A DNA stretch of 20,000 bases from an uncultured virus (IMG/VR IMGVR_UViG_3300021429_004282) (lineage: Duplodnaviria > Heunggongvirae > Uroviricota > Caudoviricetes): IMG/VR virus record IMGVR_UViG_3300021429_004282; one strand, 5' to 3'. Below are positions 9,093 to 17,600 of the stretch, piece by piece. A program made the position numbers and the translations under genes. Below the pieces are notes generated by a model that saw only the letters and a list, made by a program, of their open reading frames with translations, was not told where the DNA came from and searched no databases. The number at the start of each line of letters is the position of its first letter. Positions within the stretch are counted from its first letter, which is position 1.

Positions 9093-9389
9093 TCACACTT
9101 TCTCGTGATTGATAACGCTGATTTTGAGATCGGTGAATCCAAGTTTTTCCAAAGTGGCTTTTACATCTGATTTAGCGGATTTGACAGCTTCTTCGTAGGA
9201 CTGTGATTCTCTGTAAAACAGAAGGTTTAGGCATTTGGATTGAATTGATGGTATCATATCTGTGCAGTTGTTTTCGTGAAATAATTTTATCAAAAGTTCT
9301 GATGTGTTTATGAATATTGGTATAATGAGGGTGAAATGATATTTTTTAGTTTTGTTAATCTGTTTAGGTGTTGCAACAGAAGCGTTCAT
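9093..9389 (-). CDS. Hypothetical protein, possibly a HicB-like small alpha/beta domain
   Basis: GAGGA SD and an upstream promoter TTTACT-17-TATAAT (9442-9414). The segment F.RESQSYEEAVKSA is reminiscent of HicB-like folds, which is only a weak recollection. Confidence 0.6.
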   Translation of the reverse strand: MNASVATPKQINKTKKYHFTLIIPIFINTSELLIKLFHENNCTDMIPSIQSKCLNLLFYRESQSYEEAVKSAKSDVKATLEKLGFTDLKISVINHEKV

Positions 9390-9446
9390 ATTATCCTCTT
9401 GGTGGCTTAGAGTATTATATGTATGTTAAAAATTGAAGTAAAATTG

Positions 9447-10280
9447 TTAAATTTTATTATTTTTTTTAAGTAAATCGTTTGTCATTTCGAGTATTCTTAT
9501 TTGGGAAAAAAATAGGTAGGATTGATTTATTTTTTCAGTAATTCTATTTGTGTACATCAGTACGGCGGTGATTTGTCCGAGAGTGAGGTTGTTGTTACAA
9601 ACGATAATAACTGTTATTAGATCTAATATGATAGACAGGGAGTCACAGATACTCCAGTTTATTGATTCTAAATCTGATTTTTTTATTAGTAGAGTTTTTT
9701 GATTGTTTATGAAGTCGGCACAGTTTTGGTTTTCTGCTAGTGCGTGTGAAATATCTTCTCTGACATGTTGAAGTTTGTATTCTATGTTTTGGGACTTTTT
9801 GGAGAAAAACATATGTAGTGACATGCTTAAAGCGATGTATGGAATTAATAATAATATTAAATTGTGTTGTATAAAACATATCATAAATATTGCTATGACT
9901 AATCCTATAACAACGCTTGTGATGTTAGGTAGTGTGTATTCGAAGAAATCGCTATAGACACCAACGAGTCCATATCTGGAAATTATTCTTTTTTCATTTA
10001 GGTTTGATTTTTTTAGATTTTCTATGGTTGCTAGAGCTTTATTTGTATAAATTTGAGAGAAAACTCTGGTGTCATAAAGTCTTCTAAATGTTCCAAAAAA
10101 TATTGCTATAATAAGAGAAGAAGCGTATAGAAATAGCATATTATATTTTTTGTTAAGAAGATCATCTATTGCGAGTCCAACCAAATATGGGAGAAAGGAA
10201 AAAATAAACATTTCAGTGGTGATAATTATGTATATCACTAATAGTTTCACAAGATTTTCTTTGAATATTTCTTTGAGCAA
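9447..10280 (-). CDS. Stand-alone ABC-transporter-type six-TM membrane domain protein
   Basis: TTG start with AAGGAG SD. Multiple TM segments and the motifs PYLVGLAIDDLL, RRLYDTRVFSQIY, DFFEYTLP and TLGQITAV are typical of the ABC 6TM (ABC_membrane_3-like) family. No ATPase domain is present. Confidence 0.75.
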   Translation of the reverse strand: MLKEIFKENLVKLLVIYIIITTEMFIFSFLPYLVGLAIDDLLNKKYNMLFLYASSLIIAIFFGTFRRLYDTRVFSQIYTNKALATIENLKKSNLNEKRIISRYGLVGVYSDFFEYTLPNITSVVIGLVIAIFMICFIQHNLILLLIPYIALSMSLHMFFSKKSQNIEYKLQHVREDISHALAENQNCADFINNQKTLLIKKSDLESINWSICDSLSIILDLITVIIVCNNNLTLGQITAVLMYTNRITEKINQSYLFFSQIRILEMTNDLLKKNNKI

Positions 10281-10338
10281 GTATGATCTCCTTATTCGTT
10301 AATATAATGTTAGTCTAATAATTAAATGAGGTGTTGTC

Positions 10339-11046
10339 ATGGCAAATTTTATAAGGGTTTTAGTTTTGTTTTTTTGTGTATCTGGATTAGTATTTGCTCA
10401 ATTCAGGCCAACTATGCCCCCAAGACCTCCAATTATTGTTGTGAGACCTCCAGTGCAATCAGGAGGCATGATGGGTGTCGGTGGTCAGCAGGGCATGAGT
10501 GGTGGCATGATAGGCATGCAAGGAGGGGCTAGCAATGGTGGTGCTATGGGGATTGGGGGTAGTAATATTGGCAATGGTGGATTTGGTGGTGGATTTGGTG
10601 GAATGGGTGGAATGCAAGGAATGGGTATGGGTGGAATGCAAGGAATGGGTATGGGTGGCATAGGTGGAATGCAAGGAATGGGTTTTGGTGGAATGGGTGG
10701 GGGCAACAACAACCCATTTGGTGCCTATACACCGGGGACAGTAGTTAGGCCTACAGGACAAGGTGGACCTTACTCAGTTATTCCTATCCAACCCGGATAC
10801 ATGTTTGGTCAGCAAGGTGGAATGTCTGGATTTGGCATGGGTGGCCTTGGAGGAGGAATGCAAGGAGTTGGGGGAAGTATGTCAGGGATTGGAGGAGGTT
10901 TTAGTGGTAGTGGCAATTTCAACGGTGGTGGGTTTAGTGGCAACTCTAATTTTTCTGGTGCTATGGGTGGAGGACAGTTCGGATTAGGTGGTGGTGGTTT
11001 TGGTGGCAATAAAGGTTTTGGATTTAATGGAGGTTTTGGAATTTGA
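10339..11046 (+). CDS. Secreted Gly/Met-rich low-complexity protein
   Basis: GAGGTG SD. Signal-peptide-like N-terminus (MANFIRVLVLFFCVSGLVFA/Q), a Pro-rich linker, and then GGMQGMG/GGF repeats. Confidence 0.75.
   Translation: MANFIRVLVLFFCVSGLVFAQFRPTMPPRPPIIVVRPPVQSGGMMGVGGQQGMSGGMIGMQGGASNGGAMGIGGSNIGNGGFGGGFGGMGGMQGMGMGGMQGMGMGGIGGMQGMGFGGMGGGNNNPFGAYTPGTVVRPTGQGGPYSVIPIQPGYMFGQQGGMSGFGMGGLGGGMQGVGGSMSGIGGGFSGSGNFNGGGFSGNSNFSGAMGGGQFGLGGGGFGGNKGFGFNGGFGI
10603..10683 (+). repeat. 24-nt tandem repeat encoding MGGMQGMG
   Basis: ATGGGTGGAATGCAAGGAATGGGT occurs at 10603 and 10627, with a partial third copy at 10663-10683. Confidence 0.85.
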
Positions 11047-11666
11047 ACATTGTAGTTGCTGGCATACCGAGATCTGGAAGCACCCGGCTTTACAATATTG
11101 TGAGGCTGGGTTTTTTGCAGCAGTATAGTCCTGATCTGGTGAATTCAGAATGGGTTACAAATTTTAAACCTTCTGATAATCAGAATATCTTGAAGATTCA
11201 CCAGTTCTCTGAGAAGTGGCTTTCTTGGTCGGATTATGTTTTTACTTGTAAGAGAGATTTGCGTTATATTGCTGCGTCTGCGATTGATTTGATGCCTGTC
11301 AATACTTATCGAACTACTGACGATATTGTCAAGATGTGCAGAGAAATTTTGGAAATGTATGAGGCTTGGAGTTCGCATGCTGACTACGAATTGGTATATG
11401 AGGATTTTAGTGAAAACAGTGAATCTGTAGTGAGCAAAATATTTGGTGTACTTGGCATGAATATAGATATTGGTAAATTGGTTGCCGATTTAAATGAAAT
11501 AGGAAATTCAAGGGAAAGATTTGACAGGAGGACATTGATGCATCCCAATCATATAAGTGGTCAAACTAAAAAGCATTATTCTGAAAGATTGACTAGAGAA
11601 CAGACAAGTGCGATTGAAAGTGTGTTTGGATCTTGGCTTGTTGAAAATGGATACAAATTGATTTAA
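11043..11666 (+). CDS. Sulfotransferase-like P-loop protein
   Basis: 5'-PSB-like motif AGIPRSGSTRLYN, LKIH, 3'-PB-like motif KRDLRYIAAS, LVYEDF and a C-terminal IESVFGSWL..NGY. The TTG start overlaps the previous stop (TTGA). Confidence 0.8.
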   Translation: MNIVVAGIPRSGSTRLYNIVRLGFLQQYSPDLVNSEWVTNFKPSDNQNILKIHQFSEKWLSWSDYVFTCKRDLRYIAASAIDLMPVNTYRTTDDIVKMCREILEMYEAWSSHADYELVYEDFSENSESVVSKIFGVLGMNIDIGKLVADLNEIGNSRERFDRRTLMHPNHISGQTKKHYSERLTREQTSAIESVFGSWLVENGYKLI

Positions 11667-11685
11667 AATCATGCATATATAGAAT

Positions 11686-13527
11686 ATGATTAATATTTGT
11701 TTTAGAGAATGGCTTTTCAAGGAAGCGGAAAAGATACCTTTACCTCAAGTTGATAAAACCTGTCAAACCACATGTGCTTCTGCGACTGTTGTTTGGTTAG
11801 TAAAACTTTTGAAAAATTGGGACAGAATTTTGTCTCCAGTTGAAGTAGAAAAAATATCTCCTTTTATTATTGATAAAAACAATCCTGCTGTAGAGGGATT
11901 GCAAGTTAATCTTGATAATTTTAAATTCAATAGTGGTCGTTTGGGCAAAGTTGTTGATATTATACCGCAGGAGGATGAGGTTCGTGGTGCTCAATCTACT
12001 GGTGCCAAGCCTATTTCTGGAAGCATAACTGTTCGTCCAAGGAAGCTTGATATTGGCGTTGCTCATGGCAATTATGTTGATAAAAACATGGCAGTTAAAA
12101 TACCATATCAGGCCATTGAAAATGTAAAATCAATAGGTGGCTGTGCTTTAACTTGTTTGCACATGAGTGGTGGGCAAGTGCATGCAAAAACAGTTGGTGG
12201 TTATAAGAAAACTTTACTTTATAAAACAAATCAAGATTTATTTTATAACAATACTTTGGAACAGTATTTTAGGGCTGCTATATCTGCTTTATATGATAAT
12301 TGCAGGAAGGGTAGCAATCTTGATCATTATGCAATCAGACTAAATGGAACTACTGATATCAAGCACTATGCGAATGATTTTATACTGGATGTAAATGTAA
12401 TTGGTAAAATAAACAAGTATTTAAAGTCTTTGAACACCAAGAGTGTCAAAGACAAGAATCCAATTAACTTTAAGATGGTTGACACAGAGTATGTTAAGCC
12501 GGGAGAAAAAGGTACATTTTTTGATATTTTCAACAAGATGTGGCAACAAACAACTTCTGGTATAAATTGTGAATTTAATCCAACATTTTTACAATTTTAT
12601 GATTACACGGCACTGGGTGGTTTGATGCAGAATTTTGCTGCAAAGAAACTTCCAGCTAACTATCATGTCACATTTAGTGTTAAGGAGGGAAATCTTAAGG
12701 AGGTGCTTGAAGCATTATCTAAGGGACTAGGTGTTGCTTTGCCGTTGTGGTTAGGTGGTGTAAAGAAAAACGAAAAAATGCCACTTCCTGCATTTTGGTA
12801 TCCTGAAGGAATTGCTTCTGGCAAGGGATATAGAGTGGTGGATGGAGATGCTTTTGATGCTAGATTTTTGGACAAAAAAACATATGGTATACCAGAGGAT
12901 GAAGGGTATGTGATTGGTTTGCGTGCCAAAGGCAAGCTAGAGGATATAGAGTCTTTTGATAGTGGTTTTGCAGAGAGAATGTTATTAAATTACAAGATGC
13001 CACAAATTGAACAACTGAGAGAGTTTGGCAAAAAATATCCTGTTTTAAGAGTAAATTCTCCTTATTTTGATATTGCCAAAAAAGACTTTATGACTATCAG
13101 TGGTTCATATATGAATCCTAGATTTGAACCGAATGATCCAGCTGTGAATAAGATTATATTGGAACAAATAATTTATACTTTGAGAAGAAGTGATATAAAA
13201 ATTAATGGTTTAGGCAAATTGCTAAGCAAAGATTTTTATGATGCTCAAGAAAAAAAGGGAGTAAAAGCGTTAGTCAACATCAAGGACATTGATTATGACA
13301 AGATGCACAGTACTGACATGTCTGGCACAAGCGCCAAGACGGAAAAGGGTGATGTGTCTATGAAAGGCACTAGTGCTAAGGTTGAGAAGGGTGCTAAATT
13401 ACGAGTAAAGACAAATCAGATGAACATGTTGCCTCATACAACTTTTGCTGCTTTGAGAAACCAGTTGGAAAAATTGAAAAAATTGAAAAAAGAAAGTTTT
13501 TCAGAATGGTTGTCTCATAGAAATTAA
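11686..13527 (+). CDS. GP88-family (radical-SAM-like) protein with insertions and CTS-like termini
   Basis: Motifs GCALTCLHMSG, IRLNGTTDI, QFYDYT, NYHVTFS, VDGDAFDARFLD and VIGLRAKG match the phage gene-product-88 family as I recall it. Confidence 0.75.
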   Translation: MINICFREWLFKEAEKIPLPQVDKTCQTTCASATVVWLVKLLKNWDRILSPVEVEKISPFIIDKNNPAVEGLQVNLDNFKFNSGRLGKVVDIIPQEDEVRGAQSTGAKPISGSITVRPRKLDIGVAHGNYVDKNMAVKIPYQAIENVKSIGGCALTCLHMSGGQVHAKTVGGYKKTLLYKTNQDLFYNNTLEQYFRAAISALYDNCRKGSNLDHYAIRLNGTTDIKHYANDFILDVNVIGKINKYLKSLNTKSVKDKNPINFKMVDTEYVKPGEKGTFFDIFNKMWQQTTSGINCEFNPTFLQFYDYTALGGLMQNFAAKKLPANYHVTFSVKEGNLKEVLEALSKGLGVALPLWLGGVKKNEKMPLPAFWYPEGIASGKGYRVVDGDAFDARFLDKKTYGIPEDEGYVIGLRAKGKLEDIESFDSGFAERMLLNYKMPQIEQLREFGKKYPVLRVNSPYFDIAKKDFMTISGSYMNPRFEPNDPAVNKIILEQIIYTLRRSDIKINGLGKLLSKDFYDAQEKKGVKALVNIKDIDYDKMHSTDMSGTSAKTEKGDVSMKGTSAKVEKGAKLRVKTNQMNMLPHTTFAALRNQLEKLKKLKKESFSEWLSHRN

Positions 13528-13538
13528 GGAAATGAACC

Positions 13539-13577
13539 AATAGCATCTCGTTCCTTTCGGAGTGGGAGGCTATTTTT
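13539..13577 (+). terminator. Hairpin terminator between convergent genes
   Basis: AATAGCATCTCGTTCC-TTTC-GGAGTGGGAGGCTATT, an imperfect stem with GU pairs, followed by Ts. Confidence 0.6.
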
Positions 13578-13592
13578 AGTTGGGGGAGAATG

Positions 13593-14117
13593 TCAATGTT
13601 GTTCTTGAACTAATTTTTCCACTTCTGAAAAAGCAATTGGTTTGTAATTTATGTGTTCTACGCATAAATTAATATATCTTTGATCTATATTTGTATTATT
13701 AATAAGAACTTTTTTATAGTGTAGATGTCCATGCAAGTTAATACAGTTTTTATTAATGTGTTCTGGATGAATTGGATAGTGTGATAGCAGGAATTTATCG
13801 AGCTTATGTGTTGCTCTAATATCTCTAAAGTACTTTGCATAATCATTAAGTTTAAAAATATCATGGTTTCCTCGAATGAGTATTTTTTCACCATTTAGTT
13901 TTTCAACGGTTGAAATATATTGTCTTTTGATTGCAACATCACCAAGGTGGTAAACTTTATCATTTGGTCTTACAGTTTTATTCCAGTTTTGAATCATAAC
14001 ATCATCGCATTCGTTACAGGTCATGAATGGTCGGACTTTTGTGCCATCTTCTCTTAGGAACTGACACATGCCTTCGTGTCCAAAATGGGTGTCTGAAATA
14101 AAGAATATGTTTGCCAT
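13593..14117 (-). CDS. Calcineurin-like metallophosphoesterase
   Basis: Motifs SDTHFGH, HLGDV, RGNHD, LSHYP and HGHLH. Confidence 0.92.
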   Translation of the reverse strand: MANIFFISDTHFGHEGMCQFLREDGTKVRPFMTCNECDDVMIQNWNKTVRPNDKVYHLGDVAIKRQYISTVEKLNGEKILIRGNHDIFKLNDYAKYFRDIRATHKLDKFLLSHYPIHPEHINKNCINLHGHLHYKKVLINNTNIDQRYINLCVEHINYKPIAFSEVEKLVQEQH

Positions 14118-14118
14118 T

Positions 14119-14334
14119 TTAATCCTTATCTAATATGGACCATAATTTTAGATCATGATTTGTAATAGCGTGAAGCGATGCTTCTGTTTTTTGTTTATGG
14201 ATGCGGATTTCATTTAAAGTTTCAATAAGTCTTTCTTGTAACCCGGTTACCAACTCTACGCCTTCATCTAAAAGACTTTGCGAAACAACTAGTCTTTTTT
14301 TTAATTCTATTGGATCTAGCTCGTAGTTTTGCAT
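14119..14334 (-). CDS. Small coiled-coil hypothetical protein
   Basis: GAGGTG SD; upstream TTGCAA-18-TATCAT (14380-14351); its stop lies 1 nt from the phosphoesterase start. Confidence 0.7.
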   Translation of the reverse strand: MQNYELDPIELKKRLVVSQSLLDEGVELVTGLQERLIETLNEIRIHKQKTEASLHAITNHDLKLWSILDKD

Positions 14335-14386
14335 TTTGCACCTCGAACTTATGATATCGATATAACAATTTTTTTTGCAATAATTG

Positions 14387-14399
14387 TAAATACAATATG
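14387..14399 (+). promoter_or_regulatory. Putative T4-type late promoter box, TAAATA-N4-ATG
   Basis: The same geometry recurs at 11676, 18314, 18313 (minus strand) and 18979, and resembles the T4 late TATAAATA box. Confidence 0.6.
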
Positions 14400-15053
14400 A
14401 AAAATTTTTATGATTGGCTTACAGAACAAATAAATCCTTTGGTTCTTGGATCTGAAAGAGTTGAAGACAAGATATCACCTTTTTTCAATAAATCAAAACT
14501 TTCTATTGATTTAGTAAGACAATACGATGCCTTTCTTCCGCAAGGAGAGAAACTGCTTTGGGATATAAGCGTTGTAGCGCCATTAACCAAAGGTGTTTTT
14601 GGTATGTTTACATCAGGTGAAAATATAAATATTTTAGGTCCTGATGTTGACAGAAAACTACAACTTAAATTTGGCAAAAACACATATAAAAAATATAAAA
14701 CTCAACTCGAGCGTCTGCCATATTACTTGCTTAATAAGCAAATCAAAAATTTCCCAGAAATAAGAATAGATGAAATAAAGCCATCAAGTGTTATACATGT
14801 TAATGTTGGCAAAAACATAGCGCAACATGCAGGAAAACCCGGATCAGAGGCCTTGACAGTACTGGAGATTGCTTCAACAATCGTGCATGAGGCAACACAT
14901 GCCAAGGATGTTAAAATGGGTCGTGAGCCAACAGAATATAACGCATTGGCAGCAGAGGCCAATTTCCGAGCTTGGTTTACGAAGAATTCCAAACAATTAG
15001 CAGCTAATCCTATGTTTCGTGGATTGGGTCTTGAAAAGATAATTTTTTCTTGA
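14397..15053 (+). CDS. HEXXH zinc metallopeptidase-like protein with a CTS-like N-terminus
   Basis: TIVHEATHA followed by E..A..AE as a candidate third ligand. The N-terminus is MKNFYDWLTE. Confidence 0.75.
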   Translation: MKNFYDWLTEQINPLVLGSERVEDKISPFFNKSKLSIDLVRQYDAFLPQGEKLLWDISVVAPLTKGVFGMFTSGENINILGPDVDRKLQLKFGKNTYKKYKTQLERLPYYLLNKQIKNFPEIRIDEIKPSSVIHVNVGKNIAQHAGKPGSEALTVLEIASTIVHEATHAKDVKMGREPTEYNALAAEANFRAWFTKNSKQLAANPMFRGLGLEKIIFS

Positions 15054-15110
15054 TGGCGAAAATAAATTTGTTTAATTTATGGATAATTGAATCACGAAAC
15101 AGGAGGCCTT

Positions 15111-15314
15111 ATGGAAATTACACTACCTAATTTTTATACAATTTTTACTGTCTGCTCTCAGGTTTTTCTTTGGACACTAATTGTGCTTGCTTTTTTTGGC
15201 ATTATGGTTGGTCTTTACGAAGTTATTACTACATCGTATTGCAAAAAATACAAAGAAAAACAAAATTTCAAAACAACGATTAAAAAGTCATTTTTAAAAA
15301 TTTATAAAGAATAA
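15111..15314 (+). CDS. Small single-pass membrane protein
   Basis: AGGAGG SD, one hydrophobic segment and a basic C-terminal tail. Confidence 0.7.
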   Translation: MEITLPNFYTIFTVCSQVFLWTLIVLAFFGIMVGLYEVITTSYCKKYKEKQNFKTTIKKSFLKIYKE

Positions 15315-15348
15315 AAAAAAGAGAGGCAAATTTGCCTCTCTTTTTTTT
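15313..15348. terminator. Bidirectional intrinsic terminator (36-bp perfect palindrome)
   Basis: A8-GAGAGGCAAATTTGCCTCTC-T8 between convergent genes. Confidence 0.9.
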
Positions 15349-15362
15349 GGAATGAATATTTA

Positions 15363-15902
15363 TTAACGAGCAGCGGGTGCTGGCATAGGTTCTGGCATAG
15401 GTGCTGGCATAGGTGCCTTTTCCATGGCTGTTAGGCCATCGAGTGCTTTTTGTAGTTTTTCTTTAGCAGCTGCGATGTATTTAGCTCTTTCTGGACCCAT
15501 GCCTGCGAATGCTTTGCCAGCTTTGGCTGGATCAAGAGCACTTGCGGCATCGGATGCATTCTTGGCAGCAGTCATGAATTGATTTGCCGCAGTGGCATGG
15601 TAGCCAGTTTGGGCATCTTTCCATGCTTTCCTGAAGGGGTCTCCAGAGGTAACACCGCTGAGCCCTTTCATAACTAGATTTTTGGGAAGATTATAAGCAA
15701 GACTTCCAGCTAGGTTAAGGCCACCCCTCATTAGTCTTTGACGGCCTTGTGATGTAAGTAGATCGCTCAATGCTTCGTCCAAAAATTCAGGTGTAATTTC
15801 TCCGTTCCGACGAATATGATTGTTTACTGTTTCTGCAAATTTTTCAAAATCAATATCAGAAGTTATACGCTGTTCAACATATTCAAGAAATGATCTACTC
15901 AT
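15363..15902 (-). CDS. Ala-rich protein with a CTS-like N-terminus (MSRSFLEYVE) and a PAPM-repeat tail
   Basis: GGAG SD with TATATA further upstream. A second hydrophobic-x-E site (FLDE) precedes an Ala/Lys-rich helical region. Confidence 0.75.
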   Translation of the reverse strand: MSRSFLEYVEQRITSDIDFEKFAETVNNHIRRNGEITPEFLDEALSDLLTSQGRQRLMRGGLNLAGSLAYNLPKNLVMKGLSGVTSGDPFRKAWKDAQTGYHATAANQFMTAAKNASDAASALDPAKAGKAFAGMGPERAKYIAAAKEKLQKALDGLTAMEKAPMPAPMPEPMPAPAAR

Positions 15903-15936
15903 AATTTTTCTCCATATAAACTACAACCTATATATT

Positions 15937-16425
15937 CTAAATAGTTTGCTTTTTAATCATTTTGTTTACAAAATAAATATTTTTGAGATTTAATTGTTGG
16001 TATCCATCAACGATAATGATTTTCGGGTCGTCTTCTGGAAGATTTTTTGTCCAGCTTATTTTGGACAATTCAAAAGAATCCAATAAAACTTGGCAATTTA
16101 TGCATGGTTTGCAAAATCTAAATTCACCATGTCTATTAATCCTGAGATTTAGTATTTCAGTTTGTTTATTTAGCATAGATGGATCAATCTGACATATCAT
16201 ATCCACTTCACTATGGAGATATGGGAACTGTATCCATTTTTTAATTTTATAAATTTTAGCGAATTTGGAAACAACAACTGATGGGAAGTCTGGCTTGTTT
16301 CTTCCTATTGCAATTATTTTGTTTTTTCTAACTGCAAAGGTGTAATGATAGGTTGGTCTGTCATTTTTACCAGACCACGCTTGAATTGCTTTTTCCGCAC
16401 ATTTGTACAAAATGTGTTCTTTCAT
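15937..16425 (-). CDS. Zinc-dependent deaminase-fold protein (CMP/dCMP-deaminase-like)
   Basis: IIAIGRN, HSE and KPCINC form the HxE...PCxxC signature. Upstream promoter TTGACA-17-TAATGT (16463-16435). Confidence 0.8.
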   Translation of the reverse strand: MKEHILYKCAEKAIQAWSGKNDRPTYHYTFAVRKNKIIAIGRNKPDFPSVVVSKFAKIYKIKKWIQFPYLHSEVDMICQIDPSMLNKQTEILNLRINRHGEFRFCKPCINCQVLLDSFELSKISWTKNLPEDDPKIIIVDGYQQLNLKNIYFVNKMIKKQTI

Positions 16426-16511
16426 GTCTTTAATACATTATCAAATTTGGTTTTGATTGTCAATAATATTAATTTTACACTCATTTAATGAGGCCGAATA
16501 AAAGGTGCCCA

Positions 16512-17000
16512 ATGAATAAAAACAATTGTTTTCTTAAGTGGTGGTTGTTGAATTGTGTTATTTTAATACTTGGTTTTATTAGTTTTAAATTGAATTTGTT
16601 CCATGAAATTTACCAGAAAGATTCAAGCTATCTTTGTTTTGTAATTATGGGGTTGTTTTTTGTAGTAAATTTTTACAATGGATTTGTTGCTTATAATTTG
16701 GATAAAAATAAAACAATAGAAAGCAAAACAGAAATTGCTTGGTTTGTTTCTGAGTTATGTTTATCACTTGGAATGATAGGTACAGTTATAGGATTCATAC
16801 AAATGCTTGCTGGATTCTCGTCTTTAAACATCGGAAATGTTTCAAGCATGCAATCGTTGGTTGTGAATATGGGATATGGCATGGCTACTGCTTTGTACAC
16901 AACCTTGGCAGGTTTAATTTTTGGAAATATTTTAAAAATAGAGGCTTTTGATATAGAAAGATCATTCAAAAACATGGTAGAACAAAATGGCAACAAATAA
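16512..17000 (+). CDS. MotA/TolQ/ExbB proton-channel family protein
   Basis: LSLGMIGTVIGFIQML...GMATALYTTLAGL is the family TM-hairpin signature. There are four TM segments and an AGGTG SD before ATG 16512. Confidence 0.85.
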   Translation: MNKNNCFLKWWLLNCVILILGFISFKLNLFHEIYQKDSSYLCFVIMGLFFVVNFYNGFVAYNLDKNKTIESKTEIAWFVSELCLSLGMIGTVIGFIQMLAGFSSLNIGNVSSMQSLVVNMGYGMATALYTTLAGLIFGNILKIEAFDIERSFKNMVEQNGNK

Positions 17001-17598
17001 ATTTTATTCTTCACAAACAGCTTTTAATGATTTGCTTTTTAATTCTTTATTAGCATTTGTTGGTTTATTCATAATTTCAATTTTACATGTAAATGACAAT
17101 TCTAAGAATAATCATTCTGCAACACAAAATGTTGAATTTATGATTAGTGTTACATGGCCTTATGAAAACGATGATGATGTTGACACATATGTGGTAGATC
17201 CTTTGGGAAACATAACATCGTTCAATAGAAGAGAAGATGGATTGATGCATTTAGACAGGGATGATATTGGCCATATGAATGATACCATCACTTTGCCTAA
17301 TGGTAAAAAAATAGATTACAAAGAAAACAGAGAAATAGTATCAATTCGTGGTCTAATGCCCGGTGAGTATATTGTAAATGTCCATTTGTATAGCAAGAAG
17401 TCAAAATTGACAACTGTTCCTACATCGATAAAGATTGAAAAAATCAATCCCTACAAACTTGTAGCTTTTCGTCAAATTGATTTAACTAATATAGGAGAAG
17501 AGAAAACTGTTTTTCGTTTTGGTGTAGACAATCAAGGTGCAGTTTCATTTGTATCAGAAGGCCCAAGTAAAACTCTTATAAAGAAGAAGGGAAGTTAA
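16987..17598 (+). CDS. MotB/ExbD-like single-TM protein with an extracytoplasmic beta-rich (DxDxxV.DP.G) domain
   Basis: The N-terminal TM AFNDLLFNSLLAFVGLFII carries the conserved Asp in an F.D.L context. It overlaps the MotA-like gene and has no OmpA-type motif. Confidence 0.7.
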   Translation: MATNKFYSSQTAFNDLLFNSLLAFVGLFIISILHVNDNSKNNHSATQNVEFMISVTWPYENDDDVDTYVVDPLGNITSFNRREDGLMHLDRDDIGHMNDTITLPNGKKIDYKENREIVSIRGLMPGEYIVNVHLYSKKSKLTTVPTSIKIEKINPYKLVAFRQIDLTNIGEEKTVFRFGVDNQGAVSFVSEGPSKTLIKKKGS

Positions 17599-17600
17599 AT

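Noticed and set aside
10590..10700. Possible CRISPR array
   Set aside because: The repeats are contiguous in-frame coding repeats with no unique spacers, and there are no cas genes in the window.
10459..11009. Pro-rich/His-rich minus-strand ORFs
   Set aside because: They are antisense shadows of the Gly/Met-rich repeat gene, which has the SD and the signal peptide.
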